IMG/VR virus record: IMGVR_UViG_3300002307_000042
Location: 1 to 64,000 of that record
Strand: one strand, 5' to 3'
Length of the DNA stretch: 64,000 nt
DNA from: a virus
Lineage: Duplodnaviria; Caudoviricetes
Below, one piece after another: positions 48,901 through 53,739 of this stretch. A program made the translations under genes and the position numbers. Under the pieces are notes generated by a model. That model saw nothing but the letters and a program-made list of their open reading frames with translations. It was not told the origin of the DNA and did not search any database. Every line of letters starts with the position of its first letter. Positions within the stretch are counted from its first letter, which is position 1.

Positions 48901-49838
48901 TCATATTGAACTTCTCCGTACCCGCTGTTTATATAACCCTGCTCATCTACTATACCTGTATCGTAGAAAACAACTCTGAGACCTTCTAGCCCAGTAACAC
49001 CGTCAATGTCTCCTACAGTGCTTAATAATTGTCCATTTATTTGACTAAAAGGAACAGTTGCAACAACGTCTACACTATTATTAACAGCAAAATCATATTC
49101 ACCCTGGGCGTTGCTCGCAGGGACATTAAATGTTACGACACCGTTACTAGCACCATTGTTGTCAACTCCATACACGTTCCGAACAGGAAGATTTGTCTGT
49201 GTGCTGCTGTAACCAGTTACGCCGGGCTCGCCCTGAATCCAAAACTGGGTATCTTGATTGACATAGAAGTTGTAAGTTCCTCCTCGCAATAATGTGATAG
49301 TAGGATTGGTTGATCCTTGACTAGATTCTTGCGCGCGGATGCTGTAGCCATTTGGAAATGCAGTTACTACATAGTCTGTGCTATAATAAACATATGCTGA
49401 GTTGATGTTTACTACCGGAGGGCCTTCTGGAAGCCAGTAATACTGATTATAATTGACTAGCTTATCAAAATCACAGAAACTATCCCATGAATAAAACTGA
49501 CCGTTGAACAGTCTGTTATCGTCATCTGTTATACCATGCTGAATACTAATCGCATCCAAAATACCCGGATAGCTTATAAAGTCTTTAGCAGTTGACTCGC
49601 CGGCTTTTTGGAAAACTACGCCTGGTTCTAATTGATAATCGGTCCTAGTTTTAGTAGGTTCAGGTACATAGTAATCTTTAGCATTGATGCCATATCCCAG
49701 CTTACTACCAATATACCCTTGAATTTTTGTTGTACTGGGCGGATTAACTACTTGATCTAGTGTAGCCGCTAAAAATTCTTTGTTGGTTGGTGTTTGAAAA
49801 ATTTCCGGAAGAAAATCTATAGTTCTGATTCTAGCCAT
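30909..49838 (-). CDS. Giant 6309-aa baseplate/tail-associated structural protein
   Basis: 18.9-kb open frame in the baseplate cluster; FG-GAP-like repeats, Asp-box repeats and at least 14 copies of a beta module. Confidence 0.85.
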   Translation of the reverse strand: MARIRTIDFLPEIFQTPTNKEFLAATLDQVVNPPSTTKIQGYIGSKLGYGINAKDYYVPEPTKTRTDYQLEPGVVFQKAGESTAKDFISYPGILDAISIQHGITDDDNRLFNGQFYSWDSFCDFDKLVNYNQYYWLPEGPPVVNINSAYVYYSTDYVVTAFPNGYSIRAQESSQGSTNPTITLLRGGTYNFYVNQDTQFWIQGEPGVTGYSSTQTNLPVRNVYGVDNNGASNGVVTFNVPASNAQGEYDFAVNNSVDVVATVPFSQINGQLLSTVGDIDGVTGLEGLRVVFYDTGIVDEQGYINSGYGEVQYDTNDPAFSIEVPNLTIILSSCDTNSFTLASGNTDGLVVGQTISFNNPSFGGVVPGQVYFITSKTSNTIQISTTLGGTPLTLTTDSGSMIANVNQGLLEDGFYTSVNATYYRIQYLPTGNNDPVLRLVPDGTINELEKITPNFGTVYANRPLYRDSNGYINLIPYITAPLTTLYYQDGTYPDRVGIIKIIDSNLTNTLNVETDILGHKQFTSSNGVAFTNGLKVAFNGDVIPTSYLEGEYYVEGVGTAIELIPVGDLVCPEKFTQGIYNPYDTLPYDIGDFEINLYLPVLQDYITIARNSYSRNAWSRSNRWFHIDVINKSAEYNSNPSIANIANGDNKAKRPIIEFYPNLQLFDTGIVGKSPIDFFDTKNNSALSTVPDSLVYYPDIQVYSTQNANIMGVTNGTSTTVVVPINAVYGNIQDTRYISDALNILPNNTQITQLTNDGTNYTLTVAWVTPQTIPYTSNISIVASANPTENYSLFPGARVVFSNDNDVNVRNKIYVAEYSTVTNGGDQVITLTLAEDGVISTNTQVIVYRGYNNQGKSFYFDGNVWKESQQKTQVNQAPLFDIFDKNGISLSDNDIYVGTSFTGTKLFSYKVGTGTSDTVLGFPIAYSSVSSIGDISFDVNINEDTFNYVQNSNPITENINIGYVYNYNTPETYTRKLGWETAVASSVQYQVFYFDYDIANPVTYLQCDIAALPNLLVGEKGWPRVRVFYNNVYQSGGHSTDDTNNVDFTYSIGTDTTTIQLINKPTVSTPIQVLVLSDQVSNTAYYQVPVNLTNNPLNNDLTTVNLGDIRNHYEQIFGNAPNTVGPIFGNNNYRDCGDLLGYGTQIIQNSASLVLPGAFLRTPYHNLFDSLIYNSREYITYKQQIVSTVDSIGFDQTYTPSTILDTALAQIAASKSEINSFFWSDMLPNGSPYISNTYVFNNGLDRSIFPLSTVYNFSSANYQGVLVYLIRDGYEYQLLKGIDYTISTDSPSLTIETDLLDGDLIRINEFNQTYGSYVPYTPSKLGLYPLFEPSVVLETDYLIPTYFIKGHDGSYTKLYGEYDSVNNVLIDFRDQALLEFEQRIYNNIKLSTNVPIRDYEVLPGYFRQGTATYTYDEFIEMYTPNFLDWVGQNRLDYKTQYFSKNNEYTYNYRNSANKLDNSAIDQGYWRGVYSYFYDTFAPNLTPWQMLGFSEMPTWWTSRYGPAPYTSTNLILWNDIENGYIYNNGNPYIVPELARPGLSQIIPVDSAGNLLSPFDAIVGNYTATTFQSEWKVGDVGPVELSYRRSSTWPFDLIKIFALTRPAEFFNYAVDLDNYKYNSEFNQYLVNDRSHLVVSNIEIYGDGTPKTSFINWIVDYEKQQGINSTTNITTMLNNIDVRLVYRMAGYSSKELMNFYVEKSSANSNNSSLLIPQESYDILLYENQPYDRIVFSSVIVQQNKGYWTVYGNSQNFAYFEILDPLFDGKVSNLSVENAKVKVAVNYSDRKTLVPYGTKFYNTQDLSQFLMSYGANLSSKGVVFDTVVNGLSITWDQMVLEFLYWSQQGWENGSIITLNPSAQDLVIDTADTVVQPLTLQQSNFLLNQNLYPIKLKDICVNRDGTRFHAHTINVGDSISYAQFNMSNFEHGVVFNNLTLFNDVIYSPVTGLKQDRIFTRGLKTAQWNGTVNAWGFILSQDNIQEYSGSIKYTKNAIVMYKNDYYTSLTIIEPSNTFDETKWKKISYSDVQFGLLPNPSTRAYESVLYYDIYNANLQQESDLLSFSLIGFRPRDYLQSIDLTDSAQIQVYQNLIKNKGTLNAVSAFSGANLPQGGIQYETYENWAIQNSNYGGVLNQNFVEFRVNQANMTGDPAIISLTDGVGTQGAMQEVPIWQLYNYENSVTQANILQTTSTSTNGLLFPSAGYVNYSDVKMASYFYAQLPFAVNTYNNPVPIQNFYVGDYVWLANFKEKWNVFRWKIIGQVIQVRGNTNQTATVTFSTAHGLNKNDPMAIVNFSAGVDGYYLVTDVINLNEVIINLNLVTGNNNSIQGRGLGFAFESQRVSQPSDIANLNLIENEFIKNTVWVDTNTDGDWAVYQKSVNYTPFEQKTNNLYGTFGAAVAYTPLNEYWYSDTTNGIVYRSVLNDYTQTINTVQTINGSSSFGTSIAYNNNVVAVSQPTSGYTVKLYVVNDTVLTNQAQLIQTISSRDSSVNWGNKIAFSDDGNWLYISALDKGNVYVYQKQNIPVTAGYLVSGETYVITTLGTTDFTAVGAIENKVGITFVATGSGSGTGAATQITYSYVNTIAGTSGDLFGSSIATNIDGSVLVVGAPYYGSQNDGSAYAYARTVQNFLVPNSTLPSQNTSFSLAWTPNNLSSKTGSVVSSNFITLNNVTSLSVNMPIMLIGTNNTFNDFKNTGLMPYVVYYIHSIVGSTIKIKSSRNSSTAIVLTNATGLSFSVYPQNNPMFVSVNGNIVTDNNYAVVGNMFYYLGTVIVGDIINVSDNRFNLVQQFSSSFTSRIDAQFGTSVDITKLGADIVVGSPYEINDNNVEGAVYSYINGSAKYGYIIGTNPCNVTTNRTVLINGFAVNLTTGNATSVAQQINNNKLINIQAAATSDNKLMIQLINNELSPVEQKLIITAFSSNVLTELGLQVYTNTQIITSPHGTGPTQFGTTVKLNNNNGLLVSSPVGTRFEGTFFDFTDDANLDNDTLFDNNATGFVEQYPNAGAAYIFEYLSNNKESLNNPGKYVYAQDVIDTSLDYGYNPGYGLSLDFNNNVAIVGSPNYQPVTVGGKVVIYNNITGQNDWAVYRQSSPVVDIEKIQNTQLFSATTNQTLVNFDYPDPLQNKLLGVARENIDFISSADPAKYNVNYTNLPGMIWGAEQVGKIWFDTTNVRWMNYHQNDVVYNSRHWAMVFPGSDVAVYTWISSYILPVNYQGPGVPYDVNQYVIGSSINSSGLIVPVYYFWVRNTNIIFEQANKTLSDTVVASYIINPIGSGVSFMAPLLPNTFAMYNSGEYFNGNDTIFHIGYSTGTAVDVSHTEYSLIRENNEEDFLPGFPTHSNPEPHSLYAKMLDSLSGSDITGQVVPNPLLPKLVQQGILNVPRQSFFYDRTLALNNYISYANNILIQYPIVELRENLSFLFTSGDYYNTMDYWEYTNWWAIGYNNGTKTTIQVPYYADLSALTVPVNTLAKVEQNGAGKFEVYRYDGNSQWTRVGLENGTIQFKSNLWDYSAGKIGYSGNFFDTDSFDSYPSKETRNIVRALNEQIFVQELLIYRNKSLILLFEYIQAETLESQNYLTWLNKTSLVNVSHTIRELLPYEVYKTDDQAFLSSYINEVKPYHVVIKDFSFKYTKTDVYEGDITDFDLPSRYNSQYEQFISPQMVYTQYTDNEYQYNYENTIWNTTEYLQWYNNYGLSLGNPVYDDLGNITGYVGEPDYPITILSSYVTFSTKYLIVKNASGFPINGVIKIDDELIGYNNVDKATNVLSGLVRGVNNTPTQNHYPSTEIYIDLPAVILLSGGRGYANPPKVTAKIDTTIYPAPTVPAVLEAVMNLDSVLQIKVVNPGKGYAVLPDIEIEPGIVVTFDNTMVISKLHNIRVYAPNLRTGDLVQYKNNSGAGVGRLVDGEWYYINVLETTPDTIIGLYSTYSDAINDEHRIRITDIGTSTGMTLNVGAKAIAITQSSPVRENNIGLRFDRTSYQSKIIDWQSGSFYGAYYAGSYYNTDKLASTNITLESTSPNINDLLASAHGVVFEVEDVNIEETYIWSSFTRIIARTISTNNIIRLAPQDGNPSNLSELEPNASGSTIGLYKNMPIKFGGTTIGGIVSDQVYYVRDILNEIDFTISSTVDGPIVPISNATATSVMTCFTAQVSNLPILTVNYPGILNTVGTTTGINSINIPVSPIGTGGTIGFTPGTLLYFTATSPNEEIFGGLVENQVYYVNTVIDDQTFTVSRIDVNVATNIDDKPFTTAPETPVYSTSVSATSSTGNVITVGSSSDFALNDPVIFNQMIISGSPVNNFGNIVSGQLYYVSEVVSNTQIKITDIFNGATFALSNASGSMIVTNQKNVVQLATGTGLMTANVALPVSPGQVNGQKFGMYTTSQQYPNITAPNITIGTLLSATTYASIATVNRLAVNNTDWFYTGMPVQLQSTIGGLSASTTYYIKDYTGGAGLGPISVICDNTSSTGNLIHVTTDTSSLFVNMPITFTGVGLGNIVVDQQYYVKTIADSTHFTISETIGGATFVLQNDSGGMTGTGVPYITLSATPSGSTISLTAEVPVIPVTLNQIILSNPTFDISYILGGYRVVIQNGGSGFAITNTISISGSLVGGSSPANDLVLEVNTINGSGAITSAIISGTPNSLNRNYYFKIRGSNQFEVYLDSLMTIPANGDTFPYVGFTTTIATSVTASNDYITVTDTSMFNQYDPVVFTGTMFSSDIVLGQTYYIKSIVSSTQLTISATPNGTALNITSDNTGSMTIAKAGSFAFLSEPFYFNPSIIRFNNRLYNCLVSNNDLEFVIGKWQLIDSGNRRINALDRVVGYYQPTVNMPGKDLTQLFEGLTYPNSTYKGNAFEPALQFDLDTILQDQAFYPTNVDLTGIVYNNGYYASANLPDYSSVVYSPDGVNWINAELASSNINLTDIIYANGLYIITSQNTATPIYISTNGRIWSTSGTYTPWGSDAWDTNNYDSTSINVANISLQSATYFNGAWIAVGDNIVRSTDGYSWNEVLVFPFARNYQLYGVAAVQTAQFTGVVAVGKATDISLNPVSLICYSSDGINWNIADVTSSLPLYSVTSDGTTIIAAGQNGVLFDSLDAATWYGINQGYVTGFNIANNIISTTNVALQINQRVQFSNSFSSVVAGTNYYVNSIISPTLITISPVAGGLTLDLTAGSVPANTIMYSYDGNDINNIIYSNGTWVSVGENGNIKTSSDGFNYTVRTSNTNATLNNVSYVSDNASFVVVGDNNTILTSYDNGVTWTNTSIFGTVPAAHIVKGADFQYGYGPEELVAGVVRDNLALTVNTRPGGSWPSVTYANNGYAVISNEVTPINDQQKVYFFGGYTEYPAQVFVQKLSASTGLGTTLTQGTDYTVNWLNKTITLTTPLTLVPLQKLRIDVYEVGNGDQLVKSNTDVNPIRINDDTGFNEIYLDCNFTGEQYQGSGIVMPGTYEYSVNVSATQSITNRITVDSVTDLTLGAPITFSGTLFGGISSSTTYFIKYISYATNTITISLTFDPDTGVAGPEVILTSATGSMNLNLSAGSQVTWTSPIIYNNGTKLVQGYSSQITSTASGTNYITTDSTAGMVPGCKIIFSNSAFGGITPLTTYYVKQVVGTFTFTISATPLGSEVVLTTSDGGATYITYDYAFGIQPNGIAATLLLAGNTYTNQSNYIVYAMFGQTTPQLGYTVPETQSFVANGSTSTYNLTNNVDDVNAANAIVERNGLRLTSSQYSINASTDVLTITSTPSAGDVISITTFNDASEQYLNTQFNVSGTVTAITNVNNNIAPITTQTLATASIASTDGTRPNQIVCDSTTDFVVGQRVVFKGTSFGGISTSGTVYYVNSIVDSTHFTIRDYNGNIINLTTGSGSMVVRVGGQPSVIVTTSASTTFTTNTIVRIDGLVGSTQLNNGTYYVRVVTPTTFELYSKPYTSSSSGVNYPITDISSYVSGGYIWVQGQYRLIDATASRTYAVSPTYNSSTIVVADTGKLISGTPIYFSRSGYLNGASLTGGLVQGTVYYVKNIYSGTEFSISTTQFGSEMTLTDGVLSFNAKQWNQTNVDRLWVTVNGTRVPSSKLRLNDFNELSILTSISSGNTVIITSMTPSATPNQEIYINFVDDTGAPTVYRAPADSRTWLTENIYPLSTTISVDDLGSVVNKIVQTSITPALVNGVFTIGLTVDKRSLISVTVYNNDKQLFIPNEDISIMLSSIAPSIDITSGSYIDEGDSLTITSIEGNTIFVNGEQINFTGVDFDNSMLTGISRGVNGTGEQSLILKNTTVYSLMHQNKLSDVYYNQTWNSNVYNTEIGDPLQISTTVPALFLNVDNS

Positions 49839-49846
49839 AATATTAC

Positions 49847-52800
49847 TTATCTTACCTGTAATTCACTGGGTGTAAGGGCCGGTATTACTAACACATCATT
49901 AGCAGTAGCAGCATTGACGAAAATTTCATAAGGTAAACATTTTATTTCATATAGTGTTCCAAATGGTAATTCTGGGTTATTGGGTACTAATACAGCACTG
50001 CTGATTAAATCCCCACATTGCGCATGTAGATATGCGCTTAATTCTGAGAAGTAGAAAGTATCCCCGAAGTCCCAATTGTTTACGTTAAAATAAGTGTTCA
50101 TTGCGGTTAAAACTGCACTTCTAATTTCACTATCACTCGCACTAGTTGTACTTGATTTAATCACTTTAATTGTTGCTCTTAATGCTTCATCTGCTTTAGG
50201 ACCAAACAGGGGTTTGAAGACAACACTATTTAATACTACGCTATCACTCAACATTTTATAGTTATTGATATCACCATAATCTTGGCTAAGTTGGTTGATA
50301 GTAGGAACATTCGGCTTGGGCACAGTTCCAGTAGTATCTTGAATATAATTGGTATATGCAGTGTAATAACTCTGTGTTACCAAATATAAGTCAATGATGT
50401 TTGTAGTGACAGGATCAATACGAGTAGTGTTATCACTATTATGTCTATATTGGAATTTAATTCCTTGTCTGCCCGGCTTCATTGAATACTGAGGTTGTAC
50501 AATCATTGAGTAAGATGGGGTTAGACTATTTGGATCTTGCACACTCTTATAGAAAATATTCTCATCAAACGCATAGTAAACTTGTTCAACCGGATAATCA
50601 TATTTCACTTGCTCAATCTGCGGAAGAGTTGGGTAAGCATAAACAATAGTACTGCTAGGAACAATATAGTTTCTAGTTAAGTTGATCGGATCTTGTACGG
50701 TTTCAAAAAATGTGTAGATACCAATATTTGTAGCACCATTTACATATCCACTTACTTCATTGAAGTAGTCTGGATTTGTTATAATCTGTTGATTATTTTC
50801 GTCAGTAGCTGCCACTTGCACAGAAAACTCATTAATATAACCATCTGGTAGGGTAGGTTGATCAATGATATTTACTTTATAGTCTTTTCCTAATGGATAT
50901 ACACTATTGGGTTGCGGATTAATACCCAATACATTTACATAATCTTGCACGATCTTTCCTGAGTATGGATCGTAAATTACTTGATTTGCGGGAGGAGCAA
51001 ATCTAACATCAGCAACACTACCAAAGTAATAAATCAATTTTCTATAAACAACAGAATATCTACCGTTACCAGCACTTGTAAACTTTACATAATAGTTACT
51101 GTCATCATATGTAGAGATGAACCATCTCTGCTGGTTGATCAACAATGAGTTATTGAATACCAATGTGAAATTCTGATTAAGCTCCATACGTATGATAGCT
51201 TCCTGTAACAGTGTCGTGGGAATAGCATTATCAAATACAGGAATAACAGTGTCTAATATAGCGCCATCGGGAACATAACCATATACTTTTACAGGTCCTT
51301 GTCCATTCGCAAAGCTACCATTTCCATTATTACTACCATCTCCTACTACATTTAATACTGTAGTCCAGATGTATGAGGTGTCGCCAGGACCCGGTATACC
51401 AGGCTGCAATCTATTTTGACTGTCAAAATATTGTCCGGTTGGTGCAGCAAACTTAAGCATAGCACCATTTGTTATGTATTTGATGTTAGTTGTAGCAAAA
51501 GTACCAATACTAGTAGGAGACTTGACATTACCGATAAGAGTATAAAAATACCCGGTCTCAGCACTAGTATCTACTGTGCTAGTTGCCCAATAATAAGAAC
51601 CATCTGTAAATGGAGTAGGAGCTAGTGCCTGATATCTAGGATAGTATTGGGTATAATACTGATTGCTATTATTTTGCGCCAATGCGGCCGCTAATTCATT
51701 AGTGAAGAAGCTAATAATATCACTTGTTGTATTTACAGATAATGTAAGGTTGCCTTGTGCATCATCCATATATATAGCGCCATCATTGGCATAACTATCG
51801 GTACTTGAATATTTTAGTGTAGGATCTAACAAATCTAAGTTCTTAGATATACCTACGCTGCTACGATTAATAGCCTTACTTTTGATGATAGAGCTATAAA
51901 GAGAATAAGGGAAGTTACTATAATCTTCACCGTTTACCATGCGATTCTGTGTGTAGTAACGAGTGGGGGCGCGCTGCTTAATGTCTGCTAGACTCTCGCG
52001 CGCCTGCGCGTTGTTCACGACAGCTTCTAAGCTGAGTCCAATAGTAAGTAATTGATTTTTTCCTGTTCTATCAATATAGCTTATTGAAACTGAAACTCCG
52101 CTTAAAGCAGTAGGGTCAATAGTGTATGTGAGAGCATTGCCTGATCTTACATATGCTCTAAAATTACCAACAGGAATTTTACTAAACACATTGTCACCGA
52201 ACACATAACTTACAGAGTCGTTGAACCCGCTATTAACTGCAAAAATAGTTTTATTACTAGATGCATTTTGCAAATATGCGTCAGAATAAATGTTGTCTAC
52301 TTGCTTCCATTGTGTTCTAGAACCGTCGCTATTGAATTGGTACAACCAGGTGTCAGTATTGTTGATTCCTTGGATATTGCCAATTGGAATAACTTGATTA
52401 CTAATTTGCTGCTGTAGCGTGAAGTCATAGTTTACTAGTGACCCTTGCTTGAAATAGAAGAAGAAGCCGGTGTTAGGACTACCAAATCCTAGTTTATCGT
52501 TACGATACAATACGTTTAACTTACCATTTGGGGCCGGGGGAACTTCATACACATAGCTCTTGTCAACCGAGGTGCCACTTACTAACTCAAAATTCATATT
52601 CACGCCATTAACTGTTGCGTTGAACGGTACAACCGGCAATGCATTAGGAGCGATTTGAATACTATATTCGCTGGTAGTTACACCCAAAATATCTTGAGTG
52701 TTTCCTGGATTTCCTATTCTCTGAGCGTTAATGAAACATGCATTCCAAATACTGTTCATCTGTTCTAACCAATTGGGATTGGCAGGATCGTTCCACAATA

Positions 52801-53224
52801 TAGTTTGGTTGCCTAAGTTTGCGCCATTGATGTCAGTAATATTTTGAGTAGTTGCAAGGCTGGTAACTTTTAGATAACCCTGTCCTGCAAGATTTCTTTT
52901 TGGAGTATAGCTAACAAGATTTGCAAGCTTGATAACACTGTCTCTACGTTCAGCCGTGTCAATAAAGTTCTCACGGGCGTTTAAGTCGTCACGAAATGCT
53001 AAACCCTGACCCATGAATGCGATAACGTCTAATAGTGCGATGAACTCGCTAGACTCAGTGTAGTCATTGAAGTTTTCCGGGTAATAGGTTTGTAGGTAGT
53101 CAATGAATGCTTTACGAAGTGTTTCGTAGTCATAGCTTTGGAAGTCAGCTTGGTTATAGGTTTGATAAAACCTCTTCCAGTCATTGATACCAAATAACGC
53201 CGATTGCCTAGAACTTTTTGCCAT
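49847..53224 (-). CDS. Baseplate wedge subunit (T4 gp6-like)
   Basis: DFQSYDYETLRKAFIDYL...ESSEFIALLDVIAF...RENFIDTAERRDSVIKLA.LVSY.P; ESLADIKQRAP..Y.TQNRMV..EDY. Confidence 0.85.
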   Translation of the reverse strand: MAKSSRQSALFGINDWKRFYQTYNQADFQSYDYETLRKAFIDYLQTYYPENFNDYTESSEFIALLDVIAFMGQGLAFRDDLNARENFIDTAERRDSVIKLANLVSYTPKRNLAGQGYLKVTSLATTQNITDINGANLGNQTILWNDPANPNWLEQMNSIWNACFINAQRIGNPGNTQDILGVTTSEYSIQIAPNALPVVPFNATVNGVNMNFELVSGTSVDKSYVYEVPPAPNGKLNVLYRNDKLGFGSPNTGFFFYFKQGSLVNYDFTLQQQISNQVIPIGNIQGINNTDTWLYQFNSDGSRTQWKQVDNIYSDAYLQNASSNKTIFAVNSGFNDSVSYVFGDNVFSKIPVGNFRAYVRSGNALTYTIDPTALSGVSVSISYIDRTGKNQLLTIGLSLEAVVNNAQARESLADIKQRAPTRYYTQNRMVNGEDYSNFPYSLYSSIIKSKAINRSSVGISKNLDLLDPTLKYSSTDSYANDGAIYMDDAQGNLTLSVNTTSDIISFFTNELAAALAQNNSNQYYTQYYPRYQALAPTPFTDGSYYWATSTVDTSAETGYFYTLIGNVKSPTSIGTFATTNIKYITNGAMLKFAAPTGQYFDSQNRLQPGIPGPGDTSYIWTTVLNVVGDGSNNGNGSFANGQGPVKVYGYVPDGAILDTVIPVFDNAIPTTLLQEAIIRMELNQNFTLVFNNSLLINQQRWFISTYDDSNYYVKFTSAGNGRYSVVYRKLIYYFGSVADVRFAPPANQVIYDPYSGKIVQDYVNVLGINPQPNSVYPLGKDYKVNIIDQPTLPDGYINEFSVQVAATDENNQQIITNPDYFNEVSGYVNGATNIGIYTFFETVQDPINLTRNYIVPSSTIVYAYPTLPQIEQVKYDYPVEQVYYAFDENIFYKSVQDPNSLTPSYSMIVQPQYSMKPGRQGIKFQYRHNSDNTTRIDPVTTNIIDLYLVTQSYYTAYTNYIQDTTGTVPKPNVPTINQLSQDYGDINNYKMLSDSVVLNSVVFKPLFGPKADEALRATIKVIKSSTTSASDSEIRSAVLTAMNTYFNVNNWDFGDTFYFSELSAYLHAQCGDLISSAVLVPNNPELPFGTLYEIKCLPYEIFVNAATANDVLVIPALTPSELQVR

Positions 53225-53279
53225 ATTTTTACTCTTTTGGTTATAATATATTTATCATAAGCAAAAAAGTGAGTTTTTG

Positions 53280-53738
53280 TTATACTGCGGCTGCTCTGTT
53301 AGTTTGTTGACTGAAATAGATAGCTTGGGTAGTAGGATTATTGAACGGAGCGATAGAAATTTCTACTTCTAGCAACACTCCGTTATTTTGCGGAAAAGCT
53401 TTAACAATTCCTAATTCTATTCTAGGATCTTGTGCTGCTACTCTTCTGATTTCTCGTTCTAATGCAGTTTGATTTTCAATAGTATTTGGTTCAAATATAA
53501 AAGTATAAAGTGTCGTACCATAACCAGGTTGCCCTACTTTTGAACCTAATGGAATACTTAATGCATTGATAAAATCCTGTAACACTAGCTTATAGTCAAA
53601 CAATTTAAACTTGTTACCAAAGAATAATGATGTAAAGCCAGTAGGAAGTCCATACGGATTAGTTAAATCGGAAATTTGATTATTAGTACTTAACGGACTA
53701 CATGCGTTTTGTGTACTAAATCCACTGTAAGTAGGCAT
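53280..53738 (-). CDS. Baseplate protein (gp25-like)
   Basis: INALSIPLGSKVGQPGYGTTL..FIFEP...EIRRVAAQDPRI. Confidence 0.8.
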   Translation of the reverse strand: MPTYSGFSTQNACSPLSTNNQISDLTNPYGLPTGFTSLFFGNKFKLFDYKLVLQDFINALSIPLGSKVGQPGYGTTLYTFIFEPNTIENQTALEREIRRVAAQDPRIELGIVKAFPQNNGVLLEVEISIAPFNNPTTQAIYFSQQTNRAAAV

Positions 53739-53739
53739 A

